NCBI GenBank assembly: GCA_026413945.1 | Contig: JAOAJX010000002.1 | Coordinates: 1-64,000, forward strand | DNA length: 64,000 nt | Direction of reading: 5' to 3' | Source: Candidatus Iainarchaeum sp. | GTDB lineage: Archaea; Iainarchaeota; Iainarchaeia; Iainarchaeales; DTGL01 | Shown here: piece by piece, positions 19,700 to 29,268 of the stretch | Position numbering within the stretch: position 1 is the first letter of the stretch | Layout: every line of letters begins with the position of its first letter | Translations under genes and position numbers: made by a program | The notes under the pieces: generated by a model | Told to the model about the DNA's origin: nothing | The model's database searches: none | What the model saw: the letters and a program-made list of their open reading frames with translations, nothing else

Positions 19700-20296
19700 T
19701 TAATTGCTTATTTTAAAAAACCTCCTAATTGCGGTAGCAGCAATCTCAAAAACATCATCAGCATCAAGATTATCTGTTTTTATTACAAGGTCAAACGGAG
19801 ACCTATCGCTAATAATATCTACATTGTAAAGCTTTTTGTATATTTTGGCATCAGTTTTTAAGCGCTTTTCCATCGCTTTGGCAACCTCGCAAATTTTTTT
19901 CCGATCGCGCTTAGCTATTCTTTTTGCTCTCACATTTGGACTAGCGTCAACCCAAATTCTAAATGCATCTTTGCCTTTGTAAAGCCATGCCATCATCCGG
20001 CTATCAAAAATAGCCCTATTCTCTTTTTCTGCTATACTCAAAAGCCTCTTATCGAGCTCGATGTCATAATAAAAATTCTTTTGCCTTTCCTTAACAAGCT
20101 TCTTTCCTGCATCAGATTCCCAAAATCCTGTGCCTTTAGATGCTTTTTCAATATCAATATTTGCTTCTTCCTTAATTTGTTTCATTATTCCAGATGCAAA
20201 AATCCTTTTAAGCTTAAATTCTTCTGCTAGGCGCTCGGTTAATGTGCTTTTTCCCGAACCAGGAGTTCCAGAAATCAATATAAAGAGCTTTTTCAT
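19700..20296 (-). CDS. cmk: Cytidylate kinase (archaeal type)
   Basis: ISGTPGSGKST P-loop, DSRMMAW, RAKRIAKRD, YKKLYNVD, FDLVIKT. Confidence 0.85.
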   Translation of the reverse strand: MKKLFILISGTPGSGKSTLTERLAEEFKLKRIFASGIMKQIKEEANIDIEKASKGTGFWESDAGKKLVKERQKNFYYDIELDKRLLSIAEKENRAIFDSRMMAWLYKGKDAFRIWVDASPNVRAKRIAKRDRKKICEVAKAMEKRLKTDAKIYKKLYNVDIISDRSPFDLVIKTDNLDADDVFEIAATAIRRFFKISN

Positions 20297-20484
20297 AAAA
20301 ACACCTTTGAGCTCAATTTATAAATTTTGAACAGCAACAAATAAATAATTATATCAGCATGCGTTATTTTGAAAATGTTGCTATTAGAGGTAAATAGTTT
20401 TTTTATCTAAAAAAAGCCCCTGAGCAAAGTTAGTTTTGCAAAACTACATGTTTTATATATAAGGTTTGCTAATATAATATTATT

Positions 20485-20566
20485 GGGTGGTGGGAAGCAA
20501 TCCGACTTCTTTCCCAAAGGAGGAGGCAAAAGGCAAAGGAGGGGCTCTGCTCCTCCTCTAATTTTT
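20485..20566 (+). ncRNA. Candidate structured small RNA
   Basis: GC-rich island ~25 nt after TTTTATATAT; hairpins TGGGAAG/TTTCCCA and AGGAGGGGC/GCTCCTCCT followed by a T-run. Confidence 0.4.
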
Positions 20567-20594
20567 ACGCAAGTTCCCAGAGAAGTGTGAGGTA

Positions 20595-20945
20595 TTAATT
20601 CCAAGATAGAATATCTCCAATATCTGCAGCATCAATTTTCTCTGCTGGCAGTTCAACTATATATTTGCTGGGTTTTTTTGGAGTGTAATTTAATGCAAAG
20701 GGTTTCATTAGTTTTTTATCAACAACTTTCTTGCGGCTATCGAGAAAAAAAACTGCAATCGGAAAAAATACAAACAGCATGTGTATGCTTGCTTTAATCC
20801 GCGATTCTTCGTCTAAGCATAGCACGAGAGCATAATCAAATTTTTTTTTGTGCTCAAACATCAAGCCGCGCATTTTTGAAAAGTAGTTATCTGCGATACG
20901 CACTTTTCCTGCTATGTTGTTTTTTTTGCTTGTATTTTTGAGCAT
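20595..20945 (-). CDS. DUF192 family protein
   Basis: ADNYFSKMRGLMF, IHMLFVFFPIAVFFLD, YIVELPA. Confidence 0.88.
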   Translation of the reverse strand: MLKNTSKKNNIAGKVRIADNYFSKMRGLMFEHKKKFDYALVLCLDEESRIKASIHMLFVFFPIAVFFLDSRKKVVDKKLMKPFALNYTPKKPSKYIVELPAEKIDAADIGDILSWN

Positions 20946-20954
20946 TAAATCAGC

Positions 20955-21188
20955 CTATTTTCCTTTGAGTATCTTAAGCGGAGGCACATCTATAAGTTCT
21001 AAAAAGGGCTCATTCTTTTTTGAAAAGAAAGACTGCCTTTCAACTCTTGCGTTTTCTCTTGCCTTATTTATGATTTCCATTTCTTTCTGCAGGTTGTCTA
21101 AAAGACCTTTTAACTCATCATGTTTTTCTTCAATCCTCTTTATTACTTTTTCCTGCTGTTTTTTTGGCAATAGTAACTCTTCTGGCAT
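20955..21188 (-). CDS. Small hypothetical coiled-coil protein
   Basis: 77-aa ORF, TTTAAATA ~25 nt upstream, co-oriented with DUF192. Confidence 0.65.
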   Translation of the reverse strand: MPEELLLPKKQQEKVIKRIEEKHDELKGLLDNLQKEMEIINKARENARVERQSFFSKKNEPFLELIDVPPLKILKGK

Positions 21189-21530
21189 GTAATAGAGTAG
21201 AATTAAACCAGTATTTAAAGATTTGCTTGGCTAGTTATGATAGGCCATCTTTCTGGTTCGGCTCAAATGAAGTAACAAAAACGAAGTAACAAGTTTGCGC
21301 TTGTTTTAATTACTCCACATTGCTTTCCGATACTTTGTGCTGAGTAAATTTTTAGGTATTTTGTTCATATTACCTTTGTAAGCAGAAACTACTATATAAA
21401 CTTTGTTGGACTGAGCTAATGGCAAATAAGCCTAAACGTAACTGAAAATTCTACAAAATAATATTTTAAAAACAATCTTTGGAAGATTCTAATATAACTA
21501 GGCAGCTACCCTTGTTGCAAGTGGGAGATT

Positions 21531-22229
21531 TTGATGCTAAAGTCCATCGCTTTTATCCCAGATGGTAATCGCCGTTTTGCCAAAGAAAGCGGCATGTCAT
21601 TGGCAAAAGCCTATAGTTTGGGCGTTAAAAAAGCTTGGCAAACTTTGGAGTGGCTTGAAGAATATCCATCCATAAGAGTTGGAAGTTTTTATGCTCTTTC
21701 TCTGAAAAATTTGGAGAGAAGCAAGAGGGAATTAAATCTATTATTTAAAATATTTGACAAGGAATTCTTGTCCATAAAGAAAAAAAATTATCTTAGAGAT
21801 AAAGGGATTAGAGTAAAGTTTATAGGTAGGTTGGATCTTTTGGGTAAACACATTAGGAAACATATATTAGATATTGAAAGTAAAACTGCAGACTTAAACA
21901 ATAAGCTAATAAACATAGCTATAGGCTATGATGGGCGGCGCGAAATTGTTGATGCTGCTGTAAATATTGCTAGAGAAGTTAGCGAAGGTAAGCTTAGGGC
22001 AAACGAAGTAGATGAAAAAGTATTCTCAAACTATCTTTATGGAAATTTTCAAGAACCCGACTTAATAATAAGGACGAGTGGTGAACAAAGATTGAGCGGC
22101 TTTTTGACATATCTTTCTGCATACTCTGAGCTATACTTTTGTCAAAAATATTGGCCTGAGTTTGAAAAGAGAGACCTTGATGAAGCAATAGCTGAGTATT
22201 CTAGGAGAGAAAGGCGGTTTGGGAAATAA
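21531..22229 (+). CDS. uppS: cis-prenyltransferase (undecaprenyl/polyprenyl diphosphate synthase)
   Basis: AFIPDGNRRFA, YALSLKNLER, IGYDGRREI, PDLIIRTSGEQRLSGFL, RERRFG. Confidence 0.93.
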   Translation: MMLKSIAFIPDGNRRFAKESGMSLAKAYSLGVKKAWQTLEWLEEYPSIRVGSFYALSLKNLERSKRELNLLFKIFDKEFLSIKKKNYLRDKGIRVKFIGRLDLLGKHIRKHILDIESKTADLNNKLINIAIGYDGRREIVDAAVNIAREVSEGKLRANEVDEKVFSNYLYGNFQEPDLIIRTSGEQRLSGFLTYLSAYSELYFCQKYWPEFEKRDLDEAIAEYSRRERRFGK

Positions 22230-22288
22230 ATTGTGTAGCAATTTTTAAAATTTGTGCAATACTAATAATATTGACTACAATTTCTTTT

Positions 22289-22361
22289 AGCCCCGTGGTG
22301 TAGCGGCCAAGCATCCTGGCCTTTGGAGCCAGGGACGGGAGTTCAAATCTCTCCGGGGCTA
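22289..22361 (+). tRNA. tRNA-Gln(UUG)
   Basis: AGCCCCG acceptor (A1-U72), CTGGC-CT TTG GA-GCCAG, GGGAG TTCAAAT CTCTC. Confidence 0.95.
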
Positions 22362-22810
22362 ATTTTTTTATTTAGGATTTTTTTTGCAAAGTCCTCGGCT
22401 TTAGCCAAATCATCTTTGTTTGGCCGCCCTTTATTGAGTCCACCGAAGAGCTTAAATATTGCAAAAGTATCATAACCCGGACATGCAAATTCTCCAATTA
22501 CTTTGTTTCCCTTTGATTCTAGCGTTTTTTTCAGTGTCTTGTGATATTTAGCATTTCCACTGCCAGATGTTGAAAAAATAAAAAAGCTAGATTTTAGCTT
22601 TGGAATCTTGCATGCAAGCTCCAAAATCTCCTTATCATGCTTAAAAGCATAAATGCCGGAGCCAAGACCTATGAAATCATATTCTTCAAGTTTCTTTGTT
22701 TTAACATCTTTTGGCTCGAAAATATCTGCTTTTAGAATTTTTGCCATCGCTTTAGCTATTTTTTTCGTGTTGCCATGGTGCTTTGAAACGCATATTATGG
22801 CTGTTTTCAT
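22343..22810 (-). CDS. Flavodoxin family protein
   Basis: SKHHGNTKKIAKAMA, GLGSGIY, FSTSG, FACPGYD, GRPNKDDL. Confidence 0.9.
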   Translation of the reverse strand: MKTAIICVSKHHGNTKKIAKAMAKILKADIFEPKDVKTKKLEEYDFIGLGSGIYAFKHDKEILELACKIPKLKSSFFIFSTSGSGNAKYHKTLKKTLESKGNKVIGEFACPGYDTFAIFKLFGGLNKGRPNKDDLAKAEDFAKKILNKKISPGEI

Positions 22811-22814
22811 AACA

Positions 22815-23951
22815 CTACCTAAATCTTAATAGCATTGGCAGAAAGCCCCAAAATCTAGGTTTAGAGAGCATCTTTGGAATAAATCTACTTGGCCAATCCA
22901 TATCTCCATGCTCTGACAAAAATTCACCGAGGTTTGCTTTCTGCGCTCTTATAAATAGTTTGTCTAACGTATTTTCGCTTAATTTGTTAAGATATGAGCG
23001 CATCTTCCAGTGTAAAATAAGCTCTTTTGTGATTGGTTTAAGCAAAAATTTGTAGTTTTCCAAGCCAGTATTATTTCTGAAGTTACTGTCAATTGCCCGA
23101 GCGCAAATTTTTGCTGCATTAAGGCCCATTATAATGCCTCCGCCGGTTGTTGCCTTTGCATGGAAGGCTGCATCACCCACGAGTAAAATATTATTATTTA
23201 TCGGCTCATTAATTGGTGGCCCGCAGGGTATCTTAAAAGATGATTCTTCTATTTTTTCAAAATCAAGCAAATATTTCTTTTTAAATTCATCAAAAGCTTC
23301 TTTAGGGTTAATGCCAAATGATGTTGCAATGCCAATCCTTGCAATTGAATTATTTTCAGGTATAATCCAAGCAAAAAAACCTTTAGCAAAAGAGCCCAAG
23401 TAAAGCTTCACTTTTTTGCTCTCAAAAGAACCATTTGCACGAATTTGGTATGAATTAAGATAGTGGCTTTTGTCTGGTTTTACACCAATGATTTCCCTAG
23501 TGCGAGAATTAACTCCGTCTGCGCCAACAACAACCTTTGCCTTTCTAAGTTCGCCTCTGTTCTTCTTTTGAATGAAAATATTCTCTTTGCGAACATCAAT
23601 AAGCTTCGACTCAAATTCAACTTTAACACCATTTTTGATTGCATCCTTAAGAAGCATTAAATCAAATTCTTTGCGTGAAATAACCAAAGCCACGGGCACA
23701 TCTTTTTCAACTAAGATTTTGTGCCCAGAAGGAGAAAAGATTTCTGCACCATTTATCTCGTTTACTGTGCAATTATTTGCATTAATACCAAGCTCTCTAA
23801 GGCCAGTCACGGAAAGTAATCCGGCGCAATGTTCTGGTGTACCAACATTTGGGTGTTCTTCGATGAGAGTAACATCCCAACCATTTTTTGATAGTTCAGA
23901 AGCTGTCATAATGCCGGCAGGACCAGCACCGGCTACAAACACAGCACACAT
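22815..23951 (-). CDS. Geranylgeranyl reductase family flavoprotein
   Basis: VAGAGPAG, HCAG, ISRKEFD, GADGVNS, FFAWIIP, LLVGDAA...TGGGI. Confidence 0.88.
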   Translation of the reverse strand: MCAVFVAGAGPAGIMTASELSKNGWDVTLIEEHPNVGTPEHCAGLLSVTGLRELGINANNCTVNEINGAEIFSPSGHKILVEKDVPVALVISRKEFDLMLLKDAIKNGVKVEFESKLIDVRKENIFIQKKNRGELRKAKVVVGADGVNSRTREIIGVKPDKSHYLNSYQIRANGSFESKKVKLYLGSFAKGFFAWIIPENNSIARIGIATSFGINPKEAFDEFKKKYLLDFEKIEESSFKIPCGPPINEPINNNILLVGDAAFHAKATTGGGIIMGLNAAKICARAIDSNFRNNTGLENYKFLLKPITKELILHWKMRSYLNKLSENTLDKLFIRAQKANLGEFLSEHGDMDWPSRFIPKMLSKPRFWGFLPMLLRFR

Positions 23952-24008
23952 ATATTCATTAGAAAAGAAAAAAATTAAATGTGTGCTGCCGAGAATATTT
24001 CTATCAGT

Positions 24009-27000
24009 TTAGCCCCTATATGCCCATCTTGGGCCTCTTCTTTGAGTTTCTGCTTTTCCACCACCAAAGCTGCTGTTCTTTCGCTTTAGAATATATAAGA
24101 TTATAAGCCCAACTATAAGCAACAAAAAGAGTATTACTACTGCATAAAGAATTACTTCTAAGATGCCCCCTCCAGGCAATTGCTGCTCAAGCACTAATGC
24201 AAATGCTGTTGGCTCAAATGCATTTTTAGCTTTTAGCGCTTGGTATTCAGCTGCGTTTATTGGTGTTTTAAGGTAGTATTCCACTATAATATCTTCAGAA
24301 TCCTTTTTTTGTGGCTTAAACAGCAACACAGGATCATCTTTTATGACTTCAAAGGCTACGTCAGATTTTATTTGGGAAGCATTTTTTGCAAGATCTTTTG
24401 GAATGTTTTCCCATAAAAGGATTTTATCATCCGATGACTTGAATTGCAAAAATACTTTTATATAATATTTTGTAACATTTTTATCTTTTATCATTAAAAC
24501 CTTTATTATTTTCTTTGCTGATAACTCAACAGTTTTCTTTGCCGCTTCCTCGGCAGCATCATTAGCAAAACCATTTGCCAAAAGAAGTTCTTTTGCTATA
24601 TCTTTGCTTATCTCAAGCACTTTTGTTTCAGCCTCTGAGAAACCGTAGTTTTCAAACAGAGCATTCAGTTTTGCGGATGCTTCATTTGCCTTTTCAATGG
24701 CGCTGTCATAATCGCCTTTGCTGTAATTTGTGTTTGCATCGAATATTGCTTGAAGCACCGCATTGTAAAGATCAGTTGCTTCTTTGCTTATTTCAAGATT
24801 GTAGCTCCTTATGCTTTGCAACATATTTGCAGCTTCCGTTCTTTTTGTCATTATATCTGATATTTTTTTCTCGGCTTCAGTTTTCTTTGGCGGCTGCGTT
24901 GAAGTAATCCCAATACCGACGTTTACTGTTGCTAAAGCTTCATTGCCTGCTTTGTCTAAAGCAACTGCCTTGAGGGTGTAACTTCCTTTTGGTAAATTTG
25001 CAGTATTCCAACTATGTGACCAATAAAGTCCTTCCTCAGAGGCTGTTGTAAGCGTTGTTATTTTGTTATTGTCAATGTAAAATGTGACACTTTCCATTTT
25101 TGTTTGTGACTCATTAATCTTAACCTTAAGCAAATAAGTGCCATCAATAGAAGCCCCTTGCTCTGGCGCAATCCAGACTATTTCAGGCTTTTTTGTATCT
25201 ATTTCGAAAGTTTTTATTGTTTCTTCAAGATTATCCGCAATAACTCTTATTTTTGCAACACCATCATCTCCACTTTCAACAGTAAATGTTGCAGTGAAGT
25301 CATCATCAGTAATGGGGCCTTTAATCTTAATCCAGTCGCTATCTGATGCTTTTTTTATGTAAACATATGCATCTATAAGCTCATCAGTAGATCTAATCCT
25401 AACGCTTTTGCTTCCTGCATTTACATATTGTGATATGTCAACTACGACTTTTGCTGCAGCTGTAGCAATATTAACGCTAGCAATGTCGCTCTCATTGCCA
25501 GCATTATCAATTGCAAGTACTTTGTAGTAGTATTTTGTTCCACTGCTTGTTTTTGTATCAGTCCATGTTGTATCAACAAGAATTGCTCGCCTGTTATTTT
25601 CATCTATATTAAAATCGCTTGCCGTACCTCTGTAAACGCGGTATTCCTTTATGCCGCTTCTTGCATCTGTCGAGGCATTCCAAGTAAGTTTTACATTGTT
25701 GTTATCAATTACTGCTCCAAGGTTGCTCGGCTTACTGGGCTTTGTAAAGTCGATCTTCACAGTGAATGTAGCAACATTGCTGCAAATGCCATTGGCATCA
25801 CATGCGCGAACTTTCAAATAATATACGCCTTCATTTAAATTTTTTAAATCTAAGCGCCTATTTGAACAATAGCTGTTTGAATCTATTACTTTGTCAGGTT
25901 CTTTCGCAGCTGAAGTATCCCAAGTGCATGAATAACCTATTGCTCCAGGTATCGCATTCCAAGTTATTATAACATTTCTGTCTTTGCTCCAAACATTGTT
26001 TTTGTGTGTATTTGATGAAAATTCAGGCAAAGATGGGAGTATACGTATATTTGGTTTTATTTTGTTGCAATCTGAGAGTTCGCTTTCATTGCCGCTAAAA
26101 TCAACAGCGGAAATCCTAAAATAATAGTTTAGATCGCTATTGAGATCTTGTAAAACATAATTTGTTCTGGTTGTAAAACCAGCAAATGTGCCAGTCGCCT
26201 TTGTGAAGTTGCAATCATTTGTTCTATAGTATATCTTGTAGCCATTCAGATCATAATCTGTATTAGCACTCCATGTAAGTGTTATTGAGCCAGGCCCAGC
26301 ATATGTAATTAAGCGCAATGGCTTAGCTGGTGGGGTGTTGTCTGAGTAGTGAAAGATTACATTGCAGTCCGCACTATTTCTCGTTTCTGATTGGTTCAAA
26401 GCACGATCATAAGCAAAAGCCCTGGTGTTATAACTTCCAGTTCGATCTATGGCTAACTCATTGTAATCACAAACATATGTTCTGCCGCCATCCGCTGTGG
26501 AGCAGGCATTTGAAAAGTTGAAGCTACTGTTCCTTTGTATACCTATTATTGCTATTGTTGCGGTTGCTACACCACTTGCAGTATCGCTTAAGGTGAACTT
26601 TAAATTGTTGCTTGTTATGTTTGTATTACTATTACAGTTAACATCTGGTGAGGTAAATTTGATTGTTGGTGGAGTATTATCAACATAAAAAACCTTGGAA
26701 GATATCTTATTGAAGTCATTTATTGTATTAACTTGTTTTTCATAAAAATTCATGTCCAAGAAATAATTGCCATCTGAAATTATAGGTAATGTTATATTAA
26801 CAAAACATCTCACAAAGCTCGTAAAATTTGGGCTTTGGCAAAAACCTAAGTTTTGATCTGAAAGATTGTGTGAGCTTATAAAATTTTGGAATTGTCCTTG
26901 AACATTGCTATAATAGAAATCAACCAATAACTCTTTATCGGTGCTGCCATTTATATCTGAGTCCATTACGTTGAAATCAACCCTTTGTAATCCACTTTTA

Positions 27001-27152
27001 AAGTACACTCCTTCCATGGGCGCAATTAGCTGTATTGCTGGCTCTGCACCAATTGCTGAAGTCGTAAAAATAGCACAAATAATGAGTAAAACAAATACCT
27101 TTTTTAAACAAAATTTTGAATTTCCTTTAACCAAAATTATCACCCTCACCAA
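24009..27152 (-). CDS. Large surface protein with fibronectin type III / Ig-like domains and C-terminal TM anchor
   Basis: Signal peptide; DNTPPAKP...LTWSAN...GYKIYY...YYFRISAVDFSGNES and second FN3 repeat; Big-like AVALDKAGN; C-terminal TM plus basic tail. Confidence 0.85.
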   Translation of the reverse strand: MVRVIILVKGNSKFCLKKVFVLLIICAIFTTSAIGAEPAIQLIAPMEGVYFKSGLQRVDFNVMDSDINGSTDKELLVDFYYSNVQGQFQNFISSHNLSDQNLGFCQSPNFTSFVRCFVNITLPIISDGNYFLDMNFYEKQVNTINDFNKISSKVFYVDNTPPTIKFTSPDVNCNSNTNITSNNLKFTLSDTASGVATATIAIIGIQRNSSFNFSNACSTADGGRTYVCDYNELAIDRTGSYNTRAFAYDRALNQSETRNSADCNVIFHYSDNTPPAKPLRLITYAGPGSITLTWSANTDYDLNGYKIYYRTNDCNFTKATGTFAGFTTRTNYVLQDLNSDLNYYFRISAVDFSGNESELSDCNKIKPNIRILPSLPEFSSNTHKNNVWSKDRNVIITWNAIPGAIGYSCTWDTSAAKEPDKVIDSNSYCSNRRLDLKNLNEGVYYLKVRACDANGICSNVATFTVKIDFTKPSKPSNLGAVIDNNNVKLTWNASTDARSGIKEYRVYRGTASDFNIDENNRRAILVDTTWTDTKTSSGTKYYYKVLAIDNAGNESDIASVNIATAAAKVVVDISQYVNAGSKSVRIRSTDELIDAYVYIKKASDSDWIKIKGPITDDDFTATFTVESGDDGVAKIRVIADNLEETIKTFEIDTKKPEIVWIAPEQGASIDGTYLLKVKINESQTKMESVTFYIDNNKITTLTTASEEGLYWSHSWNTANLPKGSYTLKAVALDKAGNEALATVNVGIGITSTQPPKKTEAEKKISDIMTKRTEAANMLQSIRSYNLEISKEATDLYNAVLQAIFDANTNYSKGDYDSAIEKANEASAKLNALFENYGFSEAETKVLEISKDIAKELLLANGFANDAAEEAAKKTVELSAKKIIKVLMIKDKNVTKYYIKVFLQFKSSDDKILLWENIPKDLAKNASQIKSDVAFEVIKDDPVLLFKPQKKDSEDIIVEYYLKTPINAAEYQALKAKNAFEPTAFALVLEQQLPGGGILEVILYAVVILFLLLIVGLIILYILKRKNSSFGGGKAETQRRGPRWAYRG

Positions 27153-27239
27153 ATAAATATTTAGATAAAATCTTTCTTATACTAAAATCTCCTCTAAAAA
27201 TGTTTTTAATACTTTTTAAAGTGTTTTATTATTGATAGT

Positions 27240-27923
27240 ATGCTTGGGGTGTTGGGGGGCACTGTTTTCCTAAAGAAAAACTTACTTGGTTTCTACTCAG
27301 AGAAAAAAATAAAGACAAGTTATGGAACAACTATTGTAAGAATTGGTGATGGTTTTGCATTTGTGCAGCGCCATGGAAAAGAAAATCTGCCGCCACACAA
27401 AACAAACCATTACGCTAATATTCTTGCTTTTAAAAAATTAGGTATTAAGGAAATATTGGCCATCAACTCAGTGGGTAGCCTTAAACGCAGGATAAAGCCG
27501 GGTTCACTTGTTGTGCCTCATGATTATATTCAATTTTTTCCAAAGACTTATTTCAATGACCACATGTATTGCATAACTCCAGCGCTTTGTGAAGAAATGA
27601 GGGCTAAAATTTTAAGAGCATGTGATTTTCTTGGCTATCCTGTAATTTGCAAGGCAATCTATTTCCAAACAATAGGGCCGAGGCTTGAAACCGTTTCTGA
27701 AGTAAAATTCATAAGGCGCTTTGCCGATATTGTTGGGATGACGCTTGCAGATGAAGCAACGCTTGCTCAAGAACAAGGTTTGTGTTATGCTAGCATTTGC
27801 ACAGTAGATAATTATGCTCATGGAATTTCAAAGTCATTGACATATGAAGAAATCGTAAGCAATGCGTCAAAGAATGTAGAAACTATAGCCAATATCATTT
27901 ATGCGTTGGTGAGAACAAAATGA
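27240..27923 (+). CDS. mtnP: MTA/5'-methylthioinosine phosphorylase
   Basis: GVLGGT, QRHG...PPHKTNHYANI, NSVGSL, GPRLET, DIVGMTLADE, VDNYA. Confidence 0.85.
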   Translation: MLGVLGGTVFLKKNLLGFYSEKKIKTSYGTTIVRIGDGFAFVQRHGKENLPPHKTNHYANILAFKKLGIKEILAINSVGSLKRRIKPGSLVVPHDYIQFFPKTYFNDHMYCITPALCEEMRAKILRACDFLGYPVICKAIYFQTIGPRLETVSEVKFIRRFADIVGMTLADEATLAQEQGLCYASICTVDNYAHGISKSLTYEEIVSNASKNVETIANIIYALVRTK

Positions 27924-29152
27924 CTATTTTTATCAAAGGGGCTTTGCTGCCAAATGGAAAGCGCTCAAACATACTAATTGAAGACAATAAGATCTCAGCA
28001 ATGGGCAAGGGCGTGATTGACAAAAGTGATGTTGTAATTGATGGTAAAGAGCTTGCTGCAATACCTGGATTCTTCAATATGCATACACACGCTGCAATGT
28101 CATTGCTAAAAGGTTTTGCCGATGATTTTGAGTTACACACTTGGCTAACAGAGTACATATTTCCAATTGAAGCGAAAATGAAGCCAAAGCATGTTTATTA
28201 CGGCACAATGCTCGCTTGCGCAGAGATGATACGCTCTGGCACGACTTGTTTTAATGATATGTATTTCTTCGAAGAAGAAGGAGCCAAAGCCGCAAGCAAA
28301 GCTGGTTTGAGAGCAATTATAAGCAAAGTTATTACAAATAAATTAAATGAAAGTGATGTGAAAAAGTCCATTAATGTGCTTGGCCGATATAAAAACATAA
28401 TACCTGCGCTTGGACCTCATGCCATTTATACGACAACGGAAGATGTTTTACTTGGAGCAAAATCACTTTCAGAAGAGCTTTCTGTGCCAATACATTTTCA
28501 CTTAAGCGAAACTCAAAAAGAAGTATCTGATTGCTTAAAAGAAAAGAACATGAGGCCTGTGGAATACCTTGCGCATATTGGCTTCTTGAACAAAAATCTT
28601 TTCAACGCACACTGCGTTTGGTTAAATGAAAAGGAAATAAAGTTGTTGGCTAAAAATTGTGCTAAAGCAATTAGTTGTCCAACCTCAAACTTAAAGCTTG
28701 CCAGCGGCATAGCACCACTAAAGATGCTTCTGGACAACAAGGTTTTGCTGATGCTTGGCACAGATGGGTCAGCAAGCAACAATTCTTTAAACATGTTTGA
28801 AGCAATGAAGTTCGCATCGTTATTGCAAAAGCACAAGCAGAACGATGCATCTGTGCTTAATGCCCAATGTACATTTAAGCTATCAAATATCAATGCAGCA
28901 GAGGCGCTAAACATTGATTGTGGTAAATTATTTGTTGGATGCCTTGCAGATATCTCTCTTATTGATCTTAACCACATATCAATGGTGCCGTGCCACAATC
29001 TCCTATCAAATATAGTTTATTCTGCTGAACCAAATGCTGTTCATACAGTGATATGCGACGGTGAAATACTAATGGATGCAAGAGTAATTAGTTGGGAAGA
29101 TAAGATTAAGAAAAAGGCATCTAAGGAGGCATTAAAGTTAGCGAAACATTAA
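27920..29152 (+). CDS. mtaD: 5'-methylthioadenosine/SAH deaminase family amidohydrolase
   Basis: PGFFNMHTH, SGTTCFNDMY, GPHAIYT, HFHLSET, AHCVWL, CPTSNLKLASG, LGTDGSASNN. Confidence 0.88.
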   Translation: MTIFIKGALLPNGKRSNILIEDNKISAMGKGVIDKSDVVIDGKELAAIPGFFNMHTHAAMSLLKGFADDFELHTWLTEYIFPIEAKMKPKHVYYGTMLACAEMIRSGTTCFNDMYFFEEEGAKAASKAGLRAIISKVITNKLNESDVKKSINVLGRYKNIIPALGPHAIYTTTEDVLLGAKSLSEELSVPIHFHLSETQKEVSDCLKEKNMRPVEYLAHIGFLNKNLFNAHCVWLNEKEIKLLAKNCAKAISCPTSNLKLASGIAPLKMLLDNKVLLMLGTDGSASNNSLNMFEAMKFASLLQKHKQNDASVLNAQCTFKLSNINAAEALNIDCGKLFVGCLADISLIDLNHISMVPCHNLLSNIVYSAEPNAVHTVICDGEILMDARVISWEDKIKKKASKEALKLAKH

Positions 29153-29189
29153 TGCTAAATCGGTAAGTATAATTGCAAGAGGTGATATT

Positions 29190-29231
29190 ATGGCTGGTTG
29201 CTGCGGAGCAAAAACCAAAAAAGGAAAGTAA
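29190..29231 (+). CDS. Candidate micro-ORF MAGCCGAKTKKGK
   Basis: AGAGGTGA SD, 4-nt spacer, ATG; T-rich tract downstream. Confidence 0.55.
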   Translation: MAGCCGAKTKKGK

Positions 29232-29268
29232 ATGTGCTTTTCCATAAATTTTCTTTTTTTCTTTATTT

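Noticed and set aside
21269-21292. Direct repeat GAAGTAACAA x2
   Set aside because: Only two short copies with no spacer pattern; not a CRISPR array or recognisable origin box
13890-22361. Repeated tRNA-Gln 3' ends as attL/attR of an integrated element
   Set aside because: Both are complete isoacceptor tRNAs, the interval holds core genes (proS, tyrS, histone, cmk), and no integrase is present
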